Part shown: positions 51,341-61,571 of the stretch, piece by piece | Layout of the letters: every line of letters begins with the position of its first letter | Position numbering within the stretch: position 1 is the first letter of the stretch | Source: an uncultured Spirochaetota bacterium | GTDB lineage: Bacteria > Spirochaetota > Brevinematia > Brevinematales > JAOACQ01 | Direction: 5' to 3' | Assembly (NCBI GenBank): GCA_963783575.1 | Contig: CAWAOD010000004.1 | Location: 224,001-288,000, forward strand | Length of the DNA: 64,000 nt | The notes under the pieces: generated by a model | Told to the model about the DNA's origin: nothing | The model's input: only the letters and a program-made list of their open reading frames with translations | The model's database searches: none | Position numbers and translations under genes: made by a program

Positions 51341-52372
51341 ATGATTCCAAAAGGAACGTTTACAGCTATCGGCAGTTTTCCGCATACTAATATTAATAAA
51401 ATTACTTCAATCATAATTGATGCTTTCACGGACATGCCCGTATGGCCTCAATTGCCGAAGACCGGGTTCATGGAAAACATGTATGTCCAGTTCAGCGAGG
51501 GCCTTCCATGCATAAAAATCGATGAGAATAATCAAAAAATTCATTTTGATACATCGAATAATATATTCGAAGCAATCCAGCCGGTGTATGAAAACTTCCT
51601 TGCCGAAAACTATGATCACTTTGCGGTCACGGAAAAATACGCGATCGGATTGTATCATTTCAGGGACCGGATGGAGAAAAAGGGGAAAGCTCCTTTTGTA
51701 AAGGGCCAGATTTTGGGACCTGTCAGCATGGGGCTTACGCTCACGGATGAAAACAAAAAATTGATAATCTATAATGAACAGATCACCGACGCCATAGTAA
51801 AAACACTGGTCTGCAAGGCGGTCTGGCAGGCCCGGTTCCTCCAGAAATATGGTGAAAAACCCGTGATTTTTATCGACGAGCCCTATCTTGTGTCGTTCGG
51901 CTCGGCTTATATAAACCTGTCACGCGAACAGGTAATAACTATGCTTAATGAAATCATCGACCCCCTTCACAAAATTGGTGTTGTCACCGGCATTCATTGC
52001 TGCGGTAATACAGACTGGTCGATTCTTACCGATACGAACGTCGACATTATAAATTTCGACGCTTACGATTATTCCGACGGTATCATGCTTTATCCGGAAA
52101 AAATAAACGGATTTTTAAAATCCGGAAAATATCTTGCCTGGGGAATCGTGCCGACTTCCGAAGAAAAGATAGGCAAAGAAACCGCAAACAGCCTGCTTGA
52201 GAATCTTGTTAAAAAACAGGAGAAGCTTGCTACGCTCGGTGTTGAAAAGGATAAAATCACAAATAACATCATACTGACGCCGTCCTGCGGAACCGGGTCG
52301 CTTTCCGAGACTGCTTCGGAAAAAATAGTGAAGGTTTTAAAAGAACTATCTGAATTATATAAAGAAAACTAA
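51341..52372 (+). CDS. mesB: Folate-independent core methionine synthase (MetE C-terminal-like, MesB type)
   Basis: 343-aa single barrel: TAIGSFPH, WPQLP, KGQILGP, FIDEP, GIHCC, WGIVPT, TPSCG (Zn ligands HxC and C); no N-terminal folate-binding barrel. Confidence 0.75.
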   Translation: MIPKGTFTAIGSFPHTNINKITSIIIDAFTDMPVWPQLPKTGFMENMYVQFSEGLPCIKIDENNQKIHFDTSNNIFEAIQPVYENFLAENYDHFAVTEKYAIGLYHFRDRMEKKGKAPFVKGQILGPVSMGLTLTDENKKLIIYNEQITDAIVKTLVCKAVWQARFLQKYGEKPVIFIDEPYLVSFGSAYINLSREQVITMLNEIIDPLHKIGVVTGIHCCGNTDWSILTDTNVDIINFDAYDYSDGIMLYPEKINGFLKSGKYLAWGIVPTSEEKIGKETANSLLENLVKKQEKLATLGVEKDKITNNIILTPSCGTGSLSETASEKIVKVLKELSELYKEN

Positions 52373-52382
52373 GGAAACAAAA

Positions 52383-53156
52383 TTGTCAAAGTTGATAGGC
52401 TTCATAGGTAAAGGCGGAACGGGAAAATCCACAATATCAGCGCTGGTCTTAAAGCATGCCCTTAATTCCGGCGTTAAGCCCATCCTGGTAATCGACTCCG
52501 ATCCGAACAGCTGCCTTGGAGAGCTCCTCGCGCTCAGGGTAGAATCGACAATCGGCAATATTAAGCAGGATTTAATTAAAATGAAGAACGATGCAAGCGG
52601 TACTTCCATATCGAAATACGATTATTGCGAATATGCACTGAACAATTCCGTTATAGAATCAAACGGTTTCGATATGGTTGTAATGGGAAAACCGGCGGGT
52701 TCCGGATGCTATTGTATGATCAATAATGTCGTCCAGATTATGATAGAAAAACTTAAAAAGAACTACCGGGCGGTCATCGTCGATTGTGAGGCAGGTCTTG
52801 AGCACCTCAGCAGAAAGACGCTTGGAAATATCGATACCGCATTTATTATATCCGACCTATCCAGAAAGGGTGTAGCCACAGGCATCAAGCAGGCCTGTAT
52901 GATGAAGGAGCTTGATATCAAAACCGGAAAAAATTATCTGATTATAAATAATGTCATGGAAAAGCCCGCTGAAGGATCTTACGAAGGACTGACAGGCGGT
53001 CTAAATAATACCGACCTTGAATTTGCCGGGTTTGTCAGGAATGATAAGAATATCGCGGAATTTGAAATGGCCGGGAAATCATTGCTGAATTTGCCGGGCA
53101 AGTGTATTGCGCTTAATGATATTGAGACAATTCTGGAAAAAGTTTCGGTTATTTAA
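52383..53156 (+). CDS. cooC: CODH/ACS nickel-insertion ATPase (CooC/AcsF)
   Basis: GKGGTGKS, D.DP...L, GCYC, VD.EAGLEHLSR. Confidence 0.92.
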   Translation: MSKLIGFIGKGGTGKSTISALVLKHALNSGVKPILVIDSDPNSCLGELLALRVESTIGNIKQDLIKMKNDASGTSISKYDYCEYALNNSVIESNGFDMVVMGKPAGSGCYCMINNVVQIMIEKLKKNYRAVIVDCEAGLEHLSRKTLGNIDTAFIISDLSRKGVATGIKQACMMKELDIKTGKNYLIINNVMEKPAEGSYEGLTGGLNNTDLEFAGFVRNDKNIAEFEMAGKSLLNLPGKCIALNDIETILEKVSVI

Positions 53157-53173
53157 TTATAAAAGAAGGTTAT

Positions 53174-55066
53174 ATGGAAAGAAAATTAAGCATCGACCCC
53201 GCATCCGAAAAAATGATAGGCAGGGCTAAAAGTGAAAATATAGAAATTGTCTGGGACAGATTGAAAAAAATGACTCCACAGTGCGGATTTGGAACGCTCG
53301 GGATATGCTGCAGTATCTGCAATATGGGGCCATGCAACATTGATCCTTTCGAGGAGGATAAAAAGAAAGGAGTTTGCGGAGCGGACATCGATCTTATTGC
53401 GGCGAGGAACCTGGCTCGGAAAGTAGCGGCTGGTTCCGCGGCTCATTCCGACCATGGCAGGGACATCGCGGAGGCTTTTTTTGAAATCGCGGAGGATAAA
53501 ACCGCCGATTTTCATGTGATAGATGAAGAGAAACTTATCAAATTGGCGCTTGAGTTTGATGTTATTTCCGATAAAAAAACGGTCCGCGATATAGTCAAAG
53601 AACTTGCGCCGAAAATGATCTCGGAGTTCGGAAAATACGACGGCACTATAACAATGATAAAACGTTCGCCGTCAAAGCAGAAAGAAATATGGGAAAAGCA
53701 GAATATGCTCCCCAGGAATATAGACAGGGAAGTTGTTGAAATCATGCACAGGACAAATATGGGGGTCGACAATAATTATAAGTCTATCCTTATCGGCGCT
53801 ATGAAATGCGCGCTTTCCGACGGCTGGGGCGGCTCAATGATCTCATCCGAATTGACCGACACAATCCTTGGTTCTCCGAAGCCAGTCAGGGCTGTTGTAA
53901 ATCTGGGAGTTTTAAAAAAAGAAATGGTAAATATAGTTGTTCATGGGCATGAGCCGCTTCTTACCGAAGCGGTTTACCGGGTTGTAAAAGACGGCGAATT
54001 TACGGAAGAGGCAAAAAAAGCCGGTGCGGAAGGAATAAACATAGCCGGTATATGCTGTACGGCCAATGAAATCCTGATGAGGCATGGAATCCCTGTGGCT
54101 GGCAATTTTCTTCAGCAGGAACTCGCTCTTCTGACTGGCGCGGTTGAAGTTATGATGGTGGATGTTCAGTGCATCATGCCTTCAATATCCGACGTGGCAA
54201 GATGCTTTCACACAAAGGTTATCACAACATCGATCAAGGCAAAATTCCCGGAAATCGTAAAACACATTCAATTCGAGCCCAAAAAGGCGCTGGAAACCGC
54301 CAGGGAAATCATAAAAATCGGGATAGATAATTTTAAAAACAGGGAAAAAAGCAGGGTTATGATACCTGAAGAAACAATGAACCTTGTCGCCGGATTTACC
54401 GCGGAAAATGTTAAAACCATCCTGGGAGGGACATTCAGAAAATCATACCGGCCGCTAAACGAAGCGATTGTTTCCGGTAAAATCAGGGGAATCGCAGGCG
54501 TCATCGGATGCAACAATCCTAAACTCACGCACGATTTTCATCATATTGCGCTTGTAAAGGAACTTATTAAAAATGATGTCCTCGTTCTTCAAACCGGTTG
54601 TTCGGCGATCGCTTGCGCCAAGGGCGGCCTACTGAAGCCCGAAGCCGCAAAAGAACTCGCGGGTCCCGGCCTTTACGAGATATGCGAAGCTGTTGGAATA
54701 CCTCCTGTTCTGCATTTCGGTTCATGCGTGGACAACAGCAGGATACTGAATGCCGCGGTCGAATTGATCAACGAGGGAAGGATCGGTAAAAGTTTTGACG
54801 AACTGCCGGTCGCGGGAAGTGCCCCCGAATGCTGGATGAGTGAAAAATCGATCGCTATCGGATTCTATTTTGTCGCGTCCGGTATTTACACCGTGCTGGG
54901 AATGCCGCTTCCGATGATGGGAAGCAGGAATGTAGAGAATTTTCTCTGTTCCGAAGTTGAGGAGATTACCGGCGGTAAATTCGCTTTTGAGGAAGACCCG
55001 GTCAAAGCGGCGCATTTGATGATCGATCATATTGAGGGAAAACGGAAAAAACTGGGGTTGAAATAG
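53174..55066 (+). CDS. cooS: Anaerobic Ni,Fe carbon monoxide dehydrogenase catalytic subunit (CooS/AcsA)
   Basis: QCGFG..G.CC..C.MGPC, VCGA, HSDH, HGH, CCTANE, DVQC, GCNN, TGC, GSCVD, WMSEK all intact. Confidence 0.97.
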   Translation: MERKLSIDPASEKMIGRAKSENIEIVWDRLKKMTPQCGFGTLGICCSICNMGPCNIDPFEEDKKKGVCGADIDLIAARNLARKVAAGSAAHSDHGRDIAEAFFEIAEDKTADFHVIDEEKLIKLALEFDVISDKKTVRDIVKELAPKMISEFGKYDGTITMIKRSPSKQKEIWEKQNMLPRNIDREVVEIMHRTNMGVDNNYKSILIGAMKCALSDGWGGSMISSELTDTILGSPKPVRAVVNLGVLKKEMVNIVVHGHEPLLTEAVYRVVKDGEFTEEAKKAGAEGINIAGICCTANEILMRHGIPVAGNFLQQELALLTGAVEVMMVDVQCIMPSISDVARCFHTKVITTSIKAKFPEIVKHIQFEPKKALETAREIIKIGIDNFKNREKSRVMIPEETMNLVAGFTAENVKTILGGTFRKSYRPLNEAIVSGKIRGIAGVIGCNNPKLTHDFHHIALVKELIKNDVLVLQTGCSAIACAKGGLLKPEAAKELAGPGLYEICEAVGIPPVLHFGSCVDNSRILNAAVELINEGRIGKSFDELPVAGSAPECWMSEKSIAIGFYFVASGIYTVLGMPLPMMGSRNVENFLCSEVEEITGGKFAFEEDPVKAAHLMIDHIEGKRKKLGLK

Positions 55067-55489
55067 ATGAAAAAAATATACTGCGACATTCATAAATGCC
55101 TGAACTGCAGAAGATGCGAATTTGCCTGTTATATCAAGAACGCGGGTGTTAATAATGTCTTCGAGGCTGTAAAAGCCGGTACTGCGCCCGTAAAGAACAT
55201 CGATCTATTAAGGATCGGGGAAGAATCATTTCCCTTCAACTGCAGGCAGTGCGATGAGCCGTTCTGCGTTGAAGCATGCATTTCGGGAGCGCTCTTTATC
55301 AATGAATCCAACGGAAGAATTTCATTCAACATCGATAAATGCGTGGGATGCTGGTCCTGCATTATGAAATGCCCGTACGGCTCTGTAAAAATGCTGAAGG
55401 GAAAAGCCTCAAGGTGTGACCTTTGTTCCGGCAGGGAAATACCGGAATGCGTAAACGCCTGCCCGACAAGGGCGCTTGTGATTGAATAA
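55067..55489 (+). CDS. cooF: 4x[4Fe-4S] electron-transfer protein (CooF-like)
   Basis: CLNCRRCEFAC, CRQC...C..AC, CVGCWSC...CP, CDLC...C..ACP. Confidence 0.85.
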   Translation: MKKIYCDIHKCLNCRRCEFACYIKNAGVNNVFEAVKAGTAPVKNIDLLRIGEESFPFNCRQCDEPFCVEACISGALFINESNGRISFNIDKCVGCWSCIMKCPYGSVKMLKGKASRCDLCSGREIPECVNACPTRALVIE

Positions 55490-55512
55490 ACCATATTTTC
55501 AGGAATAATAAA

Positions 55513-56820
55513 ATGAAAAGTTTTGTCATAATCGGAAACAGCGCTGCCGGGATCGCCTGCGCTGAAGAGATAAGAAAAAGCGATAAAAGCTCATCAATTA
55601 CGATTATTACCGATGAAAAAGGCGCGGCGTACTCCAGATGTCTTTTATCATATTTTATTTCAGGCCAGATCGGCGGAAATGAAATGCTTTATAAAAATGA
55701 TGATTTCTATGAATTAAACAATATTAAGCTGATGGACGGTACAAAGGCGGTATCGATCGATCCTTCAGGCAAAAAAGTCAATATCGGCGGAGGATCGGTT
55801 TCTTACGACAAACTTCTCATATCTACCGGGGCGAATCCAAATAACCAGTATACTATACCTGCAGGCTGCGAAGGAATACATACCCTGCGTTATATTGACG
55901 ATGCCCTGAAAATCAACGAAAAGCTTAACGGTGTTAAAAACGCCGTTGTTCTGGGATCGGGGTTAATAGGAATGAAAATAGCCTACGCTGTTTATAAAAA
56001 AGGAATTAACGTAACAATCATAGCAAAATCCGGCCATATTTTACCGCAGATGCTGGACAAAGAATCCTCAAGTTTTCTGAACTCAATTATAAGTTCTAAA
56101 AATAATTCAGGATCAAGCGGCCTGGGGGGTGCGCTTGTCAAAATAATTACAAAATTGGACGCCGACGGTTTTATTTTCAAAAACAATATGGTTTGCGGAG
56201 TAAAATTAAAAAACGGTGAAACCATTAACTGCGATATGGTCATTGTCGGGAAAGGTGTTAAGCCGAATATCGAACTCGGGATAACCTGCGGGCTTGAAGC
56301 GAATTACGGCATAATTACCGATAGTAAAATGAAAACCAGCGATAATGATATTTATGCGGCAGGCGATGCCGCTGAAACAGTTGATTTGATAACCGGTGAA
56401 AGAGGAATAAAGGCATTGTGGACCGCGGCAGTGGAACAGGGCAAAATAGCGGGAAAAAACATGCTGGGGATTAATGCGGATTACCTTGGTTCCACTTTGA
56501 TGAATTCAGTCGAATGTTTCGGTATTCCCTGCATTTCATCGGGAAGTTTGAATGCAAATGATTCCGAGATTTATGATTACAGGCCGGAAAATAAAACCTC
56601 CCTCAGGAGAATATTTGTAAATGGTGGAAGAATTCGCGGTTTTATCACTATCGGTGATATTGCTTTTTCCGGCATACTGAACGGCCTTTTAAAAGATAAA
56701 AAAAACGTTTCGGAAATCAAGGGTATGTTTGGTTCCGGAAGATTGAGCCGGAGCGATCTTTTGAGCTGTTCCGGCGAGGAAACGATTATTTCTTTGATGA
56801 GTAATAGATTTGATGAGTAA
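55513..56820 (+). CDS. FAD-dependent NAD(P)H oxidoreductase (FNOR, NirB/CoA-disulfide reductase-like)
   Basis: IIGNSAAG, YSRC, G.GLIG, IYAAGD, A.EQG..AG.NM. Confidence 0.9.
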   Translation: MKSFVIIGNSAAGIACAEEIRKSDKSSSITIITDEKGAAYSRCLLSYFISGQIGGNEMLYKNDDFYELNNIKLMDGTKAVSIDPSGKKVNIGGGSVSYDKLLISTGANPNNQYTIPAGCEGIHTLRYIDDALKINEKLNGVKNAVVLGSGLIGMKIAYAVYKKGINVTIIAKSGHILPQMLDKESSSFLNSIISSKNNSGSSGLGGALVKIITKLDADGFIFKNNMVCGVKLKNGETINCDMVIVGKGVKPNIELGITCGLEANYGIITDSKMKTSDNDIYAAGDAAETVDLITGERGIKALWTAAVEQGKIAGKNMLGINADYLGSTLMNSVECFGIPCISSGSLNANDSEIYDYRPENKTSLRRIFVNGGRIRGFITIGDIAFSGILNGLLKDKKNVSEIKGMFGSGRLSRSDLLSCSGEETIISLMSNRFDE

Positions 56821-56841
56821 TAGAAAGGAAGGATATAGCCT

Positions 56842-59019
56842 ATGTCAAAAATAGTCGCGAGTTCGGTTATAAAAGGCACATCGGAATTATTAAACAGTGT
56901 AAAGGAAAAATACAGCATGGTTGCCGCGGCTAAATCACCCGGGCATCCGGCCGTTTTTCCCGGAACAGCATACTACGCACCGATAATTTTCACAATGACC
57001 GGATATAAGATTGAAAACCTCAAGCAGATCGGGGATTTTTTCCCTGTTCTTGAAAAATTTATATCTCCTTTACCTTTTGATGACAACTGGCTGCCCTACC
57101 TCAGCCAGGCCCTGGACGGCGGTATTGCAGCTCTGATGCTTGAAGAAATACTTATGCTGCTTAGATACGCGGAGGGTTTTGAGCCCGCGAACGGATACGA
57201 AGGATTTCTCTCCGACACAAGGATGAGGACTCTCGGCGTTCAGCTAGTCGACGGCAGGATTCCCGGGTTCGCGGCCATTATCGGCGCTCCTGCGGACAGC
57301 AAAACCGCTGTAAAAATAGTCCGTGAGCTTCAGGAAAGGAGCATCCTTATATTTTTAAGCGGTAAATCAAATAATATAGCCATGAAAGATCAGCTTGAGT
57401 CCGAGGGTGTGGAAATGGGATGGGACTCCTATATTGTTCCGCTTGGCGAGGATACGGAGTCCACCATCTTTGCCCTGAACTGGGCGATCCGGGCCGCTTT
57501 GACATTCGGCGGACTTCAGGGCGGCGACGCTCAAAAATGCCTCGAATACTGCAGGGACAGGGTTTTTGCTTTCGGGCTCGGACTCGGCGGAATCGACGAT
57601 CTGAAATACGCGACGGGTGCAGGAGCAATAGCTATGGGTTTCCCTGTTATCTCAGATACTGACATTCCTGAAATCCTGGCAACAGGAGTCTGCACATACG
57701 AAGCTCTTGTCAAAGAAAAGGATTACGGTAAAATCGTTCAGAAGGCGATAGAGATCAGGGGCATCAAAGTAAAGCTTTCAAAGCCCCCAATCCCGGTATT
57801 ATATAGTTCCGCTTTCGAAGGCGAGAGGATCAGGAAAGAGGATTTATATATCGAGTTCGGCGGAAAAGGCGGAACCGGGTTTGAGCTCCTCATTTCAAAA
57901 GATTTAAACGAACTTGAAAATAAAAAAATAACAGTCACTGGAAAAGAGATAGATAACTGCGTTGCGGGTGAAAAACTTGACCTCGCGATCCTGGTTAAAG
58001 TCGCCGGCAGGAATATGCAGAAGGATTTCGAGCCGATTCTGGAAAGGCAGTTCCACAGGATTATGAATTACGCGATGGGTGTTATGCATATCGGCCAGCG
58101 TAATTTTGTCTGGATAAGGATAGGCAAAAACGCGAAGGAGCAGGGTTTTAAATTCCGGCATCTCGGCGAAATCATATACACAATGATAATGAACGAATAC
58201 GGAAAACTTGTAGATAAAATCGAAGTTGAGATAATAACCGATTCTAATGAGGTAATGAAGCATCTTCCCGAAGCAAAATCCGTTTACGAGGAAAGGGACA
58301 AGAGGATTGGGGAAATGACGGATGAAAGCGTTAATGTTTTTTATTCATGCCTCCTTTGCCAGTCTTTCGCGCCCAATCATGTATGCATTATCACACCCGA
58401 AAGACTCGGATTGTGCGGCGCATATAACTGGCTCGACGGAAAAGCCGCGTACCAGATAGAGCCGACAGGCCCGAACCAGCCTGTAGAAAAAGGCGAAGCA
58501 ATCGATTTAAGGCTCGGCCAGTGGAAAGGAATAAACGAGTTCGTTCATAAATACTCAAATAAATCGATCGACAGTTTCAGCGCGTATTCCATAATCAGTG
58601 ATCCTATGACTTCCTGCGGCTGTTTTGAGTGTATTGTTGCCATTCTGCCGGGCACATGCGGAGTGATGATCGTCGACAGGAATTACCCGGGAATGACGCC
58701 TTCGGGAATGACTTTTTCCACCCTCGCAGGCGTTGTCGGCGGCGGCCGTCAGAACCCCGGGTTTTTAGGCATCGGCATAAATTACATAATAAGCGATAAA
58801 TTCATCAGTGCAGAGGGCGGATTGAGACGAGTCGTCTGGATGCCTTCGGATTTAAAGGAGAGATTAAAACCCGAACTGGAACGAATATCGGTAAAAATAG
58901 GAACACCGGGCCTGCCCGATAAAATCGCAGATGAAACCGTCACAACTGATTTGATGGAGCTCGCCGCGTTCCTTACGGATAAAAAGCACCCGGCCCTTGA
59001 AATGGGAGAACTTTTCTAG
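56842..59019 (+). CDS. acsB: Acetyl-CoA synthase (bacterial type with N-terminal domain)
   Basis: GVQLVDG.IPG, FEGERIRK, CLLCQSFAP.HVC, LCGA, PMTSCGCFE A-cluster ligands. Confidence 0.97.
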   Translation: MSKIVASSVIKGTSELLNSVKEKYSMVAAAKSPGHPAVFPGTAYYAPIIFTMTGYKIENLKQIGDFFPVLEKFISPLPFDDNWLPYLSQALDGGIAALMLEEILMLLRYAEGFEPANGYEGFLSDTRMRTLGVQLVDGRIPGFAAIIGAPADSKTAVKIVRELQERSILIFLSGKSNNIAMKDQLESEGVEMGWDSYIVPLGEDTESTIFALNWAIRAALTFGGLQGGDAQKCLEYCRDRVFAFGLGLGGIDDLKYATGAGAIAMGFPVISDTDIPEILATGVCTYEALVKEKDYGKIVQKAIEIRGIKVKLSKPPIPVLYSSAFEGERIRKEDLYIEFGGKGGTGFELLISKDLNELENKKITVTGKEIDNCVAGEKLDLAILVKVAGRNMQKDFEPILERQFHRIMNYAMGVMHIGQRNFVWIRIGKNAKEQGFKFRHLGEIIYTMIMNEYGKLVDKIEVEIITDSNEVMKHLPEAKSVYEERDKRIGEMTDESVNVFYSCLLCQSFAPNHVCIITPERLGLCGAYNWLDGKAAYQIEPTGPNQPVEKGEAIDLRLGQWKGINEFVHKYSNKSIDSFSAYSIISDPMTSCGCFECIVAILPGTCGVMIVDRNYPGMTPSGMTFSTLAGVVGGGRQNPGFLGIGINYIISDKFISAEGGLRRVVWMPSDLKERLKPELERISVKIGTPGLPDKIADETVTTDLMELAAFLTDKKHPALEMGELF

Positions 59020-59035
59020 GCGGCATCGTGTCGCA

Positions 59036-59055
59036 CGCCGAACTGGTGTTCGGCG
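59036..59055. repeat. REP-like hairpin after acsB
   Basis: CGCCGAAC-tggt-GTTCGGCG. Confidence 0.5.
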
Positions 59056-59308
59056 GCCTTATTGTTGTTTGAAAAGTTATCATGGCACATCAGTGTGCCC
59101 TATACAGCTTGTGTTGGGCGAACTGCGCTAAGTCTTGCAAAGAAACGTTCACCGAGTATATTGCTTCTTTGTACAGCAGCATCATGAGGGGGACATTTTA
59201 ATTAGAAGATATCTGGTCGCTATTGAATAGTTCCCTCGTAGTACTGCAAAGCAGGAAATGATAGACTCGGGAACCAGAACATTGCTTAAAGGTTAACAAG
59301 GAGTCTCT

Positions 59309-60238
59309 ATGAAGGAAGAATTAAAAGAAAAATGGAATGGAAAAGTAAACGAGGTAAAATTATCCGAAAAAACAGCAATCGGTGGAGAAACGGCTTTTTC
59401 ATATTCATTGTTTGAGGGAAGTTTCCCGAACAGGCCGAAGATCGCGATGGAAATAAATGATATATACCCGGCGAACTGGCCGGAGCATTTGAGGGAATCC
59501 ATAGGAGACAGTCATTTAAAAACCTCTTCATTATGGGCAAAAAGAATATCGGAAGAATTCAAGCCTGATCTGATAATGTTCGATATGACCGGTACCCATC
59601 AGGATAAAGAGAACATTTCACCGGAAACTGCCGTTGATAACCTTAATTCCGTCCTGGATGTAACTGACTTACCCGTCATATTAAGGTCGGCCGGTAATTT
59701 CGAAAAACAGAACAGTGTAATGTCAAAATGCGCCGAAAAAGCAAAAAGACAGGTTATTCTGGGTTCAGCATCACAGGACAATTACCGGACAATAACCGCT
59801 TCCGCTCTGGCGTTCAACCATTATCTGATCGCCGAATCCCCCATCGATGTTAACATCGCGAAACAGTTGAATATCCTCATAACACAGCTGAACTTCCCTT
59901 TAAACAGGGTAATAATGGACCCTTTGACCGGGGCTCTGGGTTACGGCCTGGAATACAGTTATTCCGTGATGGAAAGGATCCGTTTGCAAACACTCAACGA
60001 TGATAAAATGATGACTACGCCGATGGTCTGTTTTGTGGGACAGGAAATCTGGAAAATTAAAGAAACTCGTCTGGAGGATAACAACCTCGGAGAACGTTCA
60101 CGCCGAAGTATCAATTGGGAGACCTCAACTGCGGTTACACTTATTCTTTCCGGCGCAAATATAGTATCCGTGAGGCATCCCGAATCTTTGAAACAGATAA
60201 AAGGTTTTATAAATTCATTATTTAACGGGGGGAATTAA
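59309..60238 (+). CDS. acsD: Corrinoid iron-sulfur protein small subunit
   Basis: SPIDVNIAKQLN, MDP.TGALGYGLEYSYSVMERIR, RHP. Confidence 0.95.
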   Translation: MKEELKEKWNGKVNEVKLSEKTAIGGETAFSYSLFEGSFPNRPKIAMEINDIYPANWPEHLRESIGDSHLKTSSLWAKRISEEFKPDLIMFDMTGTHQDKENISPETAVDNLNSVLDVTDLPVILRSAGNFEKQNSVMSKCAEKAKRQVILGSASQDNYRTITASALAFNHYLIAESPIDVNIAKQLNILITQLNFPLNRVIMDPLTGALGYGLEYSYSVMERIRLQTLNDDKMMTTPMVCFVGQEIWKIKETRLEDNNLGERSRRSINWETSTAVTLILSGANIVSVRHPESLKQIKGFINSLFNGGN

Positions 60239-60239
60239 A

Positions 60240-61565
60240 ATGGCATTAACAGGACTTGAGATTTTTAAATTACTGCCTAATAAGAACTGCAGGGAATGCG
60301 GAGTGCCGACCTGCCTTGCTTTCGCTATGAAGCTCGCGGCCAAGTCCGCAGACCCGGCTTTATGCCCATATATTTCAAAAGAATCGATTGAGATTCTCGG
60401 TTCTTCCCAATCCCCGCCGATTAAAAAACTGGTTTTCAAAGCTGGCGGAAGCGCCTTTGAAACCGGTTCCGAAACGGTAATGTACAGGCATGAAAAAACA
60501 TTCGTCAACAAAACGCTTATAGCTCTTGAAGTAAGCGATTCATTGCCGGAAAGCGAATTCAAATCAAGAGTTGAAAATATAAAATCGGCCGTATTTGAAA
60601 GGGTCGGTGAAAAGCTTTTCCCCGAAGGTATATCGCTTGTTTTCGAGTCGGGCATAAAAGAGACATACTTAAAATGTTATAAAGAACTTCAAAGTCTTGA
60701 TAAAATAATAGTGCTCTCCGGAATTACACCGGAAATACTGAAAGAAATAATTTCCATCGAGAGTAATTTTTCCCGTCTGGCCGTTAACTCCTTAAGGATG
60801 GAAACACTTGATAATTTCAAGGATTATCTTGTTAATAAAGACATAAAAGTTGTCCTGGAGGCTGATGATGCGGACAAACTTTTCGAGCTTGTCATTAAAG
60901 CGGAAGGCTCGGGTTTAAAGAATCTTATTTTGAAGCTGAAATCCGGATCAATTGCAGGTCTACTGGAAAATAATATATCATTGAGACGGCTTGCATTAAA
61001 GAAGGGCTTCAAACCGGCGGGATACCCTGTGATCAGCGAATGCGCCGACGAATTATTCACAGCAATAACAGGCATCTGCAAATATTCATCAATACTCATT
61101 CTGAAAAAATACGATGCCTCTTCACTATTCCCGCTTCTAACCTTAAGGCAGAACATTTATACCGATCCTCAAAAGCCTCTTCAGATCCAGCCGGGGATTT
61201 ACAATATCGGTGAGCCTTCTGGGGCGTCGCCGCTGCTTGTCTCCACGAATTTTTCTTTGACCTATTTTATCGTTTCAGGAGAAGTCGAAAATTCTCCTTA
61301 CAGCGCGAGGCTTCTTGTTACTGATTCCGAAGGAATGTCGGTTTTAACAGCCTGGTCCGCAAATAAATTTTCCGCAGATTTGATCGCGAAGGGAATTGCC
61401 GGTTCAAACATTGAGGATATCATCAGCCATAGAAAACTGATTATCCCGGGTTTTACTGCGATTCTGAAGGGGGACCTGGAGGATAAATTAAAAGGCTGGG
61501 AAATTATGGTCGGGCCCCAGGAAGCTTCCGATATTCCGCAATACCTGAAAGAAGTCTGGAAATAA
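60240..61565 (+). CDS. acsC: Corrinoid iron-sulfur protein large subunit
   Basis: NC.ECG.PTCLAFA..LA...CP, ETVMYRHEK, IYTDPQKP, TNFSLTYF.V, SVLTAW. Confidence 0.96.
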   Translation: MALTGLEIFKLLPNKNCRECGVPTCLAFAMKLAAKSADPALCPYISKESIEILGSSQSPPIKKLVFKAGGSAFETGSETVMYRHEKTFVNKTLIALEVSDSLPESEFKSRVENIKSAVFERVGEKLFPEGISLVFESGIKETYLKCYKELQSLDKIIVLSGITPEILKEIISIESNFSRLAVNSLRMETLDNFKDYLVNKDIKVVLEADDADKLFELVIKAEGSGLKNLILKLKSGSIAGLLENNISLRRLALKKGFKPAGYPVISECADELFTAITGICKYSSILILKKYDASSLFPLLTLRQNIYTDPQKPLQIQPGIYNIGEPSGASPLLVSTNFSLTYFIVSGEVENSPYSARLLVTDSEGMSVLTAWSANKFSADLIAKGIAGSNIEDIISHRKLIIPGFTAILKGDLEDKLKGWEIMVGPQEASDIPQYLKEVWK

Positions 61566-61571
61566 AACACT

